64,000 bases of DNA. It comes from Oligoflexales bacterium. Its GTDB lineage: Bacteria; Bdellovibrionota_B; Oligoflexia; Oligoflexales; CAIYRB01. Positions 37,907-46,719 of the stretch are shown in pieces (position 1 is the first letter of the stretch; each line of letters opens with the position of its first letter). The notes below the pieces were generated by a model that did not search any database, had not been told where the DNA came from, and saw only the letters and a program-made list of their open reading frames with translations. The DNA is taken from assembly GCA_041736175.1 (NCBI GenBank), contig JBGSUI010000056.1:94347-158346 (forward strand), written 5' to 3'. The translations under genes were made by a program, and so were the position numbers.

Positions 37907-38839
37907 CTAGGGTCCAGGCAAGGGAGGCGCTACGGGTGGCGCAGGTGGCGCGGGAGGAGGTAGGGCCGCTGCAGCCGCGGCAGCCACTGCAGCTTCTTTT
38001 TTCCAGTCACAGTCGCAGGGACAATAGACAGCCACCTGGGTTTTTAGGACGGATGTGGTGCCGTCATGATCTTCTATAAATTGGCCTGCAAATTGTAAAA
38101 AATGGATATCGCAAAGATTTGCCGAGGCTTTGACTTTGTAAAAGCCAAAGTTTCTTGTGACATTTGGGTTAGCCTTGTAACCCACTATCTTGGTCAATGC
38201 ATCTGCTGTGGCCCAGCACGAAGCACAGTCTGTACCCTCGTATTGCCCACCTTGCGAGGTGACATCAACGATTGCCACCCTCCCGATTGTCTTGATCGGG
38301 TACAGTTTCTTATCGGCTAAGGTCAAGGTGGTCGTCGCCTCCACGACAAAAGTTTTGGAGTGCCCTGATGTTGCGATCGTTTCGAGGACGACGAGTTTTG
38401 TCATATTGGACGACGAAAGTAAATCAGCCGAAGGATCACCGCTAAACAACCTTCCTACCTGACTCCTATTGGCAGCATTAAAAGGAATCGACATGAAATA
38501 GGCTGCGCCACCATTGCTGCTGATCAGGTAGTTACCATTGCCGCTGATCTTGTTGTTGGTTACGGTGAGGATAGCCGGCGTCGTGGGACCATCCTCTAAA
38601 CTCGCATGGAGATATGAAATGGCAGCGAGATTGGTCAAATGAGCATCAGTCTGAGCTGCTTTGATAGATATTTCTGTAGACCTAGATTCGAGTCTAAGTC
38701 CTCTGTAGTTGAACATCAGGAAAACGACTCCCGCAAGGATAAGGACAAACATGATCAGTTCAATCGATCCAGATTCATGGTTCACTCCTCTTGGGAGGGA
38801 TCCGTAGGGTGAGCTTATTTTTTGGCGGTCCGTCTTCAT
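37907..38839 (-). CDS. Pilin-like (PilX/GspK-type) protein with a Cys-rich C-terminal domain
   Basis: ESG/SIELIMFVLILAGVV prepilin-like helix; CASC, CDIH and CPCDC; Ala/Pro tail. Confidence 0.55.
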   Translation of the reverse strand: MKTDRQKISSPYGSLPRGVNHESGSIELIMFVLILAGVVFLMFNYRGLRLESRSTEISIKAAQTDAHLTNLAAISYLHASLEDGPTTPAILTVTNNKISGNGNYLISSNGGAAYFMSIPFNAANRSQVGRLFSGDPSADLLSSSNMTKLVVLETIATSGHSKTFVVEATTTLTLADKKLYPIKTIGRVAIVDVTSQGGQYEGTDCASCWATADALTKIVGYKANPNVTRNFGFYKVKASANLCDIHFLQFAGQFIEDHDGTTSVLKTQVAVYCPCDCDWKKEAAVAAAAAAALPPPAPPAPPVAPPLPGP

Positions 38840-38859
38840 TGGTCTTCCTTTGTTTGAAA

Positions 38860-39513
38860 TCAGGGCCCCATGCTTTTGTAGATTGTTGTCCCGTATTTTG
38901 CAGAATTATATTGGTCAGTAAAATAGATCCCATAGGTTGCCCGAGCAACAGCACTGCGGTCTTGTAGAAACTCCGCACAGGAGATCTGCGCATTTGTTGC
39001 TATGCTTGCAAAGTCGATTGAGAATTCCACGAATAGAGGTGTCGAATTAGAACCATTTTGATTCAGGATCAAACAGAAATAAAGGTGGGATTTTGAAGCA
39101 TCTCCCACTTCACTGGCACTTATAAAAACAGGATTTTTGCACCGCTTGATGGCCTCGTTGACTGCAGCTAAGCCTTTGGCGGCATTATTGGTTATGGCTG
39201 TCGAATGTTTCAAACTGGCTGTCGAGTTTCCATAGCCAAAGGGTCGGTTGGCAACCTCACTTTGGTCCAAACAAATGTTTGGATTAAGGCTTTTAACAAT
39301 CAGACCTAACTCGTTGACCAAAGCACTTTCTACCGCGGATGTTCTCCCCCTGGCCTCGACCACCTTCCGGGCTTTACTAATCGAATCGGTTCCCATCAGG
39401 AACGACACCATAATAATACCAAGGAGCAGCATTCCCACGAGAACACCTAACAAACTGGCCCCTGTTTCCTTTTTAAATTTACCTTGCAAAGCACCTCTCC
39501 TTTTCGCTCTCAT
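38860..39513 (-). CDS. Minor pilin/pseudopilin-like protein
   Basis: ETG/ASLLGVLVGMLLLGII prepilin-like N-terminus. Confidence 0.6.
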   Translation of the reverse strand: MRAKRRGALQGKFKKETGASLLGVLVGMLLLGIIMVSFLMGTDSISKARKVVEARGRTSAVESALVNELGLIVKSLNPNICLDQSEVANRPFGYGNSTASLKHSTAITNNAAKGLAAVNEAIKRCKNPVFISASEVGDASKSHLYFCLILNQNGSNSTPLFVEFSIDFASIATNAQISCAEFLQDRSAVARATYGIYFTDQYNSAKYGTTIYKSMGP

Positions 39514-39568
39514 TGACTCCTCTATTTATAACCTCGGACAATGGTTAGATAAAATGAAATGAATTTTT

Positions 39569-40270
39569 TTAGGGCATCAAATCCACATTGGTGCTGACTG
39601 GTTCAGCTAACAGAATTTCCTCTGTCTCTACGGTCATTTTTGCCTCTTCCTTATCTTCAAAAAAGGCGCTTTCGGCGATGACCCTGATCTTAGGACCTAA
39701 GGATTCAAAACAGAGTGCCGACCCTACAGACTGTGAGTTGATGTCGATGGTTATGTTTGGAAAGCGCTTTTGTGGATAGGCAGGGATTCCCGGACCAGAC
39801 CCGGTTATTCCTAAAATCACCTGTGGCATATCATTTGCTGAACACTTCAGAGATGCCAGGCATTTATGGGCAGTTTTGGCTAAAACCCCATCGTTTCGAC
39901 CATCGTAGGCTCTTGCCAGCGTCGCTTTGATAGCCGGTTTACTGGAGCTTATGGGCACACATTGGCTAGAGTAGGTCACCTGGTAGTTTCCACTAGGAGT
40001 TCCCTTGATGTATTTTTGTTTACGACTGATCCATAGGGAATGACCAGGTGCATAAACCTGGCTTGAGAGTTGGAATTTGTGGTCTCTTTTGAGAATCTCC
40101 AGCATAGAGACATTGGTTTGAATCGCGGCGTTGCGGCTCTGATCACGGTCCTTAGCGAGTAGGGTGCTCCTCAAAAAGGTATAGGCTGCGGCGATTACAA
40201 TCGATGAGAGTGCAATCGCAATCACGAGTTCGACGAGTGTAAGGCCACGTTGTGTCAAAGTTTGATCCAT
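39569..40270 (-). CDS. Prepilin-type N-terminal cleavage/methylation domain protein (PilW/GspJ-like)
   Basis: QRG/LTLVELVIAIALSSIV class III signal with Glu5. Confidence 0.88.
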   Translation of the reverse strand: MDQTLTQRGLTLVELVIAIALSSIVIAAAYTFLRSTLLAKDRDQSRNAAIQTNVSMLEILKRDHKFQLSSQVYAPGHSLWISRKQKYIKGTPSGNYQVTYSSQCVPISSSKPAIKATLARAYDGRNDGVLAKTAHKCLASLKCSANDMPQVILGITGSGPGIPAYPQKRFPNITIDINSQSVGSALCFESLGPKIRVIAESAFFEDKEEAKMTVETEEILLAEPVSTNVDLMP

Positions 40271-40370
40271 AGGTTAAAAATCCATACCATCGATTTGAAA
40301 ACATTCCAATTTAATAGAATTATGTTTAAAAAACCAAGAGATCAGGTTTTCGATATCCGTCCACATCCCC

Positions 40371-40399
40371 ATATCGGACGTTACCAGGGTGTGACTTAA
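40371..40399 (-). promoter_or_regulatory. Putative sigma-28-like promoter for the pilin cluster
   Basis: Minus strand reads TTAAG-N16-TCCGATAT, about 100 bp upstream of the start at 40270. Confidence 0.35.
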
Positions 40400-40677
40400 G
40401 ATTTAAATCCATGATCCGATTTATCCCATATTCTTGGTATCTTAGTAACATGTCCTACTTAAAGTTTTTTAGAAGTGAAGATAAAGTCCAAAAGAAAAAT
40501 ATTTTCAAACCCGATTACTTTCAAACGGCGAAAAAACTTGCTAATGCCCAGGGCGAGGCCATCCTATCGCCTCAATGCATATGTAAAAAAAATTTCAGAA
40601 AAAGCTTGACGGGTTTTGGGGCTTACAAAACGGTTCCTATATTAGCCTCTGCAAGCAATTTGCTGATTTTTCCCTAG

Positions 40678-40701
40678 GTGGTCGAGGGGTGACTTTTGGC
40701 C
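40678..40701 (+). repeat. Remnant copy of the GTGACTTTTGGCC element
   Basis: GTGGTCGAGGGGTGACTTTTGGCC matches the reverse complement of 63878-63901 (GTCGTCGAAGGGTGACTTTTGGCC) at 22/24. Confidence 0.6.
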
Positions 40702-40938
40702 TAGAGGCCAAAAAACCCGATTTTGGGTTTTGAGAGGTGTCGGATATTCAAGGGGGAAGGCCCAATGTAACTAGACAAATCTAAAGATAAAATTAAGTAT
40801 CAGTATAATTTGTTTAGGTTTCAAGGAGAAGTTCCGAGATTGTGATTTGAAACTTTAATCTGTTGAGACTTGAGCTGGTGGGATTTTTGAGAAAGGACCC
40901 ATAGCAGATTTTTTAGCACGCGAGTAAGGAGACACTAA

Positions 40939-43419
40939 ATGAACTTTAAAGCCACACAAGTAAATCGGATATCCCGCAGTCTATTGAGCGCGCGAAGTGA
41001 TTTATTTTTGATGCTTAGAGTGGTCCTTGGTCTGCTTTTAGCCATGATCACCGCACCTTCCCAGTCCCGGGCCGTAGAAATCGGTTATGCAGGTCGTTTA
41101 CAAGAGTCAAGTGGCAAATCCGTGGATGGTCCACTGGACTTTACCGTCAGGTTTTATAACACTCCGAGCCAGGGTGAAGTCGTCGGACCAACGCTTAAGC
41201 TAGCCCAGACTGAGCTTATCGACGGTGTCTTTCAGCTCAGTTTAAATTTTGACAATAGCCAGTTCGCAGCGATATTTGGTGATGGAGCTAAACCAGTATT
41301 TGTAGAAATAGAAGCAGGTGACAAAGTCTATCCCCGCCAGCGTCTGCTGGCGGTGCCCCTTGCCCTCAGGGTTCCCGTTGATGGCGACCGACTTAACTAC
41401 ACCAGTGACGGAAAATTGACCGTCGACCGTGTCGACCTGACCCAGGTCACCGGACTCAGCGCCGCGCTCGCAGGCAAAGCAGACGCATCGGCGGCGATCA
41501 CCGCCGCTGGTAAAGTCTCAGGCTCGGCGATAAACTCCGGGACCATCACTGGAACCACTGCCTTCAATACCTCCGGGGGGATCACCACATCCGCAGCCAT
41601 CAGCGGATCGGGAAACATGATCCTAGGGGGCACCGGATTAGCTTCCACAGAGCTGCGGTTTAACGACAACGACAACAGCAACTACGTCAGCCTAAAGGCT
41701 CCAGGAACGGTTGGCAGCAATGTCACTTTTGTCCTCCCCGCGGCAGATGGTGGAAGCGGCCAAGTCCTTTCCACCAATGGTGCTGGATCCTTAGGCTGGT
41801 CCAGCTTAGGCGGGCCAGCATTGGTAACCTTGACTGATGGCCCAACGATCAATGTCAATGCTGCCTTAGGGTCGATGTTTCAAGTCACCCTAGGAGGCAA
41901 CCGCACCTTGGCCGCCCCGACCAATCAGACGCCGGGAGCCACCTATCTCTTTAAGTTTTCTCAGGACGGAACGGGTGGTAGGACTTTAGCCTTTGACCCC
42001 GTTTTTGTTTTCCCCGCCTCCATCAGTACGCCCCAACTCTCTTATGCACCTAACTCCGTCGATATCGGCCAGTTTGCCTCCGATGGAACCAATATGTATT
42101 ACCTCACCGGCTGGATGAGCAACGCAACCGTGCAGATCCCTCCAGGCAACCTTACAGCGACTGCGGTTTCGCCGACCGAAATCAACCTAGCCTGGGTCGA
42201 TAACAACGATACTGAGATCGGTTACCGAATCGACCGTAGCCCTGACAATAGCACCTGGACCAATCTGGGCACGACATGGCCGAATCAAACCTCGTTCGCC
42301 GATACCTCCCTCAGTGAGTCCACTCGCTACTATTACCGGGTGGTCACCGTGCGGGATGCTGGTAATAGCGCCCCTGTCTATGCGAATGCCTGGACACTCC
42401 TCAATGCCCAGACCTCCTTCACTGCTTCCGTAAGCTCTACTTCGGCCGTTGTCCTCACCTGGGTGGACAACACCACCTTAGAGACCGGCTATGCTGTCGA
42501 ACGGAGTCTCACCGGCACAGGAGGCTGGACTCTGGTCACGACGACGGCCGCTAATGCCGTAACCTACACAGATACGGGGCTTTCCCAAGCCACCCGCTAC
42601 CACTACCGGGTCCGGGCCATCAATGCAAACACTTCTAGCTCCTACTCGGGGGCCAATGAAATCACATTTTCCAGTGGAATTTGTGGCACCAGTTCTGCGG
42701 ATAATTGCTACCTGTTTACCAATATGCCTCTTAACACCCAACTATCCACCCCTACTGGAAAAAACCTTATTTTGGTCTATGCCAATGGCACCAGTGGTTT
42801 GAAAATCTGGAAAGAGAATAGCAGTAACCGCGTCCTCCGGGCTAACGGTCTAGACCAGTGGACTAAAAGGCTCAACGAGAATGGCCGAGGCCTGAGCGTT
42901 ACCGATTTTACCGACGCTAACTTCGGTACATCGAACACCCTCCTGGCTGGTAGGGTCTGTCCGACCAACGTTTATATCGATGATAGCAATATGACCACTA
43001 CAGGCAACTGTGTTTACTATAGCCCTGGATATGCGGCCCAAAGGCTCGATGCCCCGCAATACGACGACACCACCAACCAGACCACAACGGGCAATTTCCG
43101 CTTAGGCCCTTGGAATACCGCGGCAGGTGGCAATGGAACCGGCGCATCATGGTACGAGGGCAATATTCAGACCTGCGCCGCTACCGGCATGCGCTTGCCG
43201 ACCTTGTATGAGACGACACTCTGGTGGGCAAGTGACACACCGACGGATGCGAACCCGGTTTATTCGGGAAGTTCAGGGGTCCCTGACGCTGGTGGAATGA
43301 CGTGGACGGCTACGGCGATTACCTACCATTCCAGTGTTTACATTGGGTGGCAGTCATCGGGGAGCTACACGACAGCCACCTACGACTACAGCCTTGCGAT
43401 TCGTTGTGTTTTGCCCTAA
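40939..43419 (+). CDS. Mosaic phage-tail-fibre-like adhesin with two FN3 domains and a C-terminal CLec/DUF1566-like domain
   Basis: RBS TAAGGAG, signal peptide, YAGRL...GVF...PRQRLLAVPLAL N-terminal module, tail-fibre-type segments, FN3 units (TRYYYRV, TRYHYRV), C...MRLPT..E...WTAT...IRCV. Confidence 0.75.
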   Translation: MNFKATQVNRISRSLLSARSDLFLMLRVVLGLLLAMITAPSQSRAVEIGYAGRLQESSGKSVDGPLDFTVRFYNTPSQGEVVGPTLKLAQTELIDGVFQLSLNFDNSQFAAIFGDGAKPVFVEIEAGDKVYPRQRLLAVPLALRVPVDGDRLNYTSDGKLTVDRVDLTQVTGLSAALAGKADASAAITAAGKVSGSAINSGTITGTTAFNTSGGITTSAAISGSGNMILGGTGLASTELRFNDNDNSNYVSLKAPGTVGSNVTFVLPAADGGSGQVLSTNGAGSLGWSSLGGPALVTLTDGPTINVNAALGSMFQVTLGGNRTLAAPTNQTPGATYLFKFSQDGTGGRTLAFDPVFVFPASISTPQLSYAPNSVDIGQFASDGTNMYYLTGWMSNATVQIPPGNLTATAVSPTEINLAWVDNNDTEIGYRIDRSPDNSTWTNLGTTWPNQTSFADTSLSESTRYYYRVVTVRDAGNSAPVYANAWTLLNAQTSFTASVSSTSAVVLTWVDNTTLETGYAVERSLTGTGGWTLVTTTAANAVTYTDTGLSQATRYHYRVRAINANTSSSYSGANEITFSSGICGTSSADNCYLFTNMPLNTQLSTPTGKNLILVYANGTSGLKIWKENSSNRVLRANGLDQWTKRLNENGRGLSVTDFTDANFGTSNTLLAGRVCPTNVYIDDSNMTTTGNCVYYSPGYAAQRLDAPQYDDTTNQTTTGNFRLGPWNTAAGGNGTGASWYEGNIQTCAATGMRLPTLYETTLWWASDTPTDANPVYSGSSGVPDAGGMTWTATAITYHSSVYIGWQSSGSYTTATYDYSLAIRCVLP

Positions 43420-43483
43420 TCAAATCCGATCACACCTAAAAGCTTAAAACAGGGGCGACCTGCCCCCATTCCTCCCCCTCGTC

Positions 43484-43891
43484 TTAGTTGGCGTCTTCCG
43501 TCAGAATGCTGCCCACCTGGGAAGTCATGCGAATATGGTCCGACTGACCCTTAACAAGGATCGAGCCTCCCAAGACGGCCACCAGAGAATCGATGCAGTA
43601 GTAGGTGGTGGGATTCTTTAGTTCCAAAATAATGGGATTTTTGACGCTGACGATGGAGGGAAACCGCACGGATTGGGCCTCACCCACATGGGTGATCTTA
43701 AGGTACCCGTCCGCGCGGCTAACGGCAAATTCCCCTTCCGCACCAATCACGACCTCGGTATAGGGGGCCACGGTGATGGAGGGGAGGGTAAAGTCTATCG
43801 GCGTTGGGTTTTGACAGCCGCCAAAGGCGACGGTTTGTTGATTAAAAATAACCACTGCTGGGATTAGAGTTTGGATCATTTTTTTAAACAT
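43484..43891 (-). CDS. Hypothetical secreted protein
   Basis: RBS AAGGAGG before MFKKM; signal-like N-terminus. Confidence 0.65.
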   Translation of the reverse strand: MFKKMIQTLIPAVVIFNQQTVAFGGCQNPTPIDFTLPSITVAPYTEVVIGAEGEFAVSRADGYLKITHVGEAQSVRFPSIVSVKNPIILELKNPTTYYCIDSLVAVLGGSILVKGQSDHIRMTSQVGSILTEDAN

Positions 43892-44149
43892 GGGATCCTC
43901 CTTATATTGCAACGATAGTCTTCCTAGCACCATCCGCTGTCAAGGGGAGAAACCCGTCAGCTCCCATGCTCCAAGGCAAGATTCGCTGCTGCCCACCCAC
44001 TTGACTTACCATAACCACAAACCACTCAACAAAATGGTGATTGACTTAACACTCAACCTTGCAGACAATTAAGGTTCAAACGTCATCCTTAATCAAAAAT
44101 TTTCGGAATCTACGCTCGGTCCTAAACCTAGCTGAGAGGTTTTTATCCC

Positions 44150-45985
44150 ATGGTCTGTCCCCTCACGAGGTTGTGGTGGTCTGTCGTATGCGTTTTTTTT
44201 TGGACGCTTCCAGTCTGGGCTCAAGAGAGCCCAAAGTGGCCACTGACAACGAGGGGGCGTTATATCGTTGACCAGGCGGGGGTGCGGGTCCACTGGCGGG
44301 CGGTCAACTGGTACGGTTCTCACCTTGTAGGCGAAGTCCCCGAAGGCTTGGAACACCAACCCCTAGCTAAGGTGATCGGCTTGATTAAAGAGTGGGGCTT
44401 TAACATGGTGCGGTTGCCCTTTTCAGACCAAATGCTCCACAATAAGGCCCCGGCTACCCCAGAGAGGCTCGCCGCTAATCCCAACCTCTGGGGCAAAACT
44501 CCCCTAGAAGTCATGGATGCGGTGATTGCAGCCTTGGCCCAGGCAGAGATTATGGTGGTCCTAAACAATCATACAACGACCTCTGTTTGGTGTTGTGGGT
44601 TTGACACCAACTCCATGTGGTTTACCGCAGGTGGCACCTATCCCCTTCGGGAAGAAGACTGGCAGGATGACTGGATGATGCTTGCCAGACGTTATGGTCA
44701 TAACCCGTGGGTTGTGGCCGCGGACCTTCGCAACGAAGTGCGGACAGGGCCCTATGGAGACTCGGTGATTCCCCTGACCCCCGCGTGGGGTGGCGGAGGT
44801 CCCCGAGATTGGCATCGGGCGGCTCAGTCGTTGGGTCGCAGGTTGATTGGGACGGGTGTGCCGTGGTTGATCGTCGTCGAGGGTATCAACTGGCAGGGCT
44901 TAATCCCCCTGGTCGGATCGGGGGGGCGTCCCCACCTCCAGCCGGTTCCCGAGGACCCCATCCACCTGATCGAGGCGGGTCGCTTGGTCTATGGAGTCCA
45001 CACCTACGGGTATACAGGTCCCGAGCATACGGGCAACGAACAGACCAGCCCCCGGAGACGTCGCTATCACGATATGTCCCGGAAAGAGCTTTTTAAAACC
45101 TTTGACCAGGAGTTTGGATTTGTTTTGGAACCAGGTTTCTACTACACCGCTCCTGTCTGGCTGAGTGAGTTTGGAGTCGGTCTGGGTGCTCCCAAAAACC
45201 ACCCCCCTCATCACCCTGCCGATTTCCCCGATCAAACATGGTTTGCCAACCTTGCCGAATATGTCCAGTCAAGAGACCTTGACTTTGCCTATTGGCCCTT
45301 GAACCCTGATGACTTTGGCCTAGTCCAAAAGGACTGGTCCAACATAAGAGACAATGACTGGCGCACACCCTATTTAAAACGGATTCTGACCCCGGTGCCG
45401 GTTCAGGTGGTTCCCCAGCCTGAGGTCTGGACCCTTATGGACCTGCGTAAAGGTGATTTTTGGGGAGACCACGATCTCCAATCGGCCGAGGAACCAAAGG
45501 ATTGGTTGCCTGGAGCCACCAAAGCTGCCTGTCCTCGACACCAACGAGTCCTCGGTCTCAGTGAAAATATGCGCGCTCTTTGTGGAAATCCGAGGGCCTC
45601 CCCCTTTAGGGCCTACCCCCCAGAACCCTCTGTGGTCGAATCCGTTCACGAGACCCCTGTGGGCCAGCATACTAATTATGATTGGGCCTCGGGGATGACA
45701 AAGTATGAGTGCCCTCGGGGCTATTTGGTCACCGGCCTAACCAAACACTGGTGGGGGCTCAGTGGAATCCGCTGTCATAAACCTGAAAGCCTTAGCCCCC
45801 AGTCCTGCGAAACCCTTTGGATGGACCAAAGGGACCAGAGGAACTCGTTGTCGGGTGGGGATTTTGCTGTGAAGTCCCTCAAAGGCCAGTGTCGAGATGG
45901 TGAGTATGTGGCGGGGCTTGCCCAAAAAGACGGGACTCCCAAGGCTCTTTTATGCTGCCAGGCTCGTGGTGAAGGAGAAATTTAA
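44150..45985 (+). CDS. Glycoside hydrolase family 5 with Cys-rich C-terminal repeats
   Basis: VNWYG, GFN.VRLPFS, DLRNE (acid/base), HTY, WLSEFG (nucleophile) and YWPLN; three D(W/F)..G/K..K..C repeats. Confidence 0.9.
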   Translation: MVCPLTRLWWSVVCVFFWTLPVWAQESPKWPLTTRGRYIVDQAGVRVHWRAVNWYGSHLVGEVPEGLEHQPLAKVIGLIKEWGFNMVRLPFSDQMLHNKAPATPERLAANPNLWGKTPLEVMDAVIAALAQAEIMVVLNNHTTTSVWCCGFDTNSMWFTAGGTYPLREEDWQDDWMMLARRYGHNPWVVAADLRNEVRTGPYGDSVIPLTPAWGGGGPRDWHRAAQSLGRRLIGTGVPWLIVVEGINWQGLIPLVGSGGRPHLQPVPEDPIHLIEAGRLVYGVHTYGYTGPEHTGNEQTSPRRRRYHDMSRKELFKTFDQEFGFVLEPGFYYTAPVWLSEFGVGLGAPKNHPPHHPADFPDQTWFANLAEYVQSRDLDFAYWPLNPDDFGLVQKDWSNIRDNDWRTPYLKRILTPVPVQVVPQPEVWTLMDLRKGDFWGDHDLQSAEEPKDWLPGATKAACPRHQRVLGLSENMRALCGNPRASPFRAYPPEPSVVESVHETPVGQHTNYDWASGMTKYECPRGYLVTGLTKHWWGLSGIRCHKPESLSPQSCETLWMDQRDQRNSLSGGDFAVKSLKGQCRDGEYVAGLAQKDGTPKALLCCQARGEGEI

Positions 45986-46205
45986 GGGGCACCCATTTGT
46001 AAAATAAAATCGAATTTTCAGTGAGATACATGAGACTTCGAGTGTGACGAAACAAAAATCCCAAAAAAATCCTTAAAAAAAATCCCAAAAAATGTGTCCT
46101 AGGGCTGGCTTTTCCCTGAAGTTTACTGTACATCTATACCCGTTCTCTGGTGTCTAGGTGGTCTGTCCGTGATGGGCGGTCCGATTTTTTTTTCGGAGTG
46201 AGTTT

Positions 46206-46532
46206 ATGAGTAAGAAGATTTTTGTCGGTGGCCTAAGCTGGAATACCAATGACGACACGTTGCGTCATGCCTTCGAATCCTACGGTAACGTTGATGAAGC
46301 TAAGGTTATCCAGGATCGTGAAACGGGTCGTTCCCGTGGTTTCGGCTTTGTAACATTTAGCGATGGCGAAGGCGCACAAAAAGCTATTTCGGCAATGGAC
46401 GGCAAAGAACTTGATGGTCGTACCATCAAAGTCAACGCTGCTGAAGATAAACCCCGCGGCGGTGGCGGCGGCGGTGGTGGTGGCGGCGGTGGTTACGGCG
46501 GTCGAGGCGGTGGCGGCGGTGGTCGCTGGTAG
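46206..46532 (+). CDS. RRM RNA-binding protein with a Gly-rich tail
   Basis: RNP2 IFVGGL and RNP1 RGFGFVTF. Confidence 0.97.
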   Translation: MSKKIFVGGLSWNTNDDTLRHAFESYGNVDEAKVIQDRETGRSRGFGFVTFSDGEGAQKAISAMDGKELDGRTIKVNAAEDKPRGGGGGGGGGGGGYGGRGGGGGGRW

Positions 46533-46719
46533 AATAGAGGCACCGCAGCATAAGGTGGGGTGTCCAGAGATTGGACGACCCATAGATGACTCGGGGTGCT
46601 TTTAGGTGTGTCCGTACCATTTCTGTTAAAGCTACATTTTAAAATCATCCATACTTCTTGTACTGGATGATTTTTTTGTTTTTAGCCAAGACCACTTTAG
46701 TCTTGGCTTTTTGTGAGTC

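Noticed and set aside
40411..40677. 88-aa ORF between the pilin cluster and the adhesin
   Set aside because: AT-rich, no RBS or recognisable motif; probably intergenic.
43200..44150. Complete diversity-generating retroelement
   Set aside because: No reverse transcriptase or template repeat found in the window; the similarity near 43980 is only about 10 bp.
46455..46525. GGC/GGT repeat tract
   Set aside because: Ordinary Gly-rich tail of a bacterial RRM protein.
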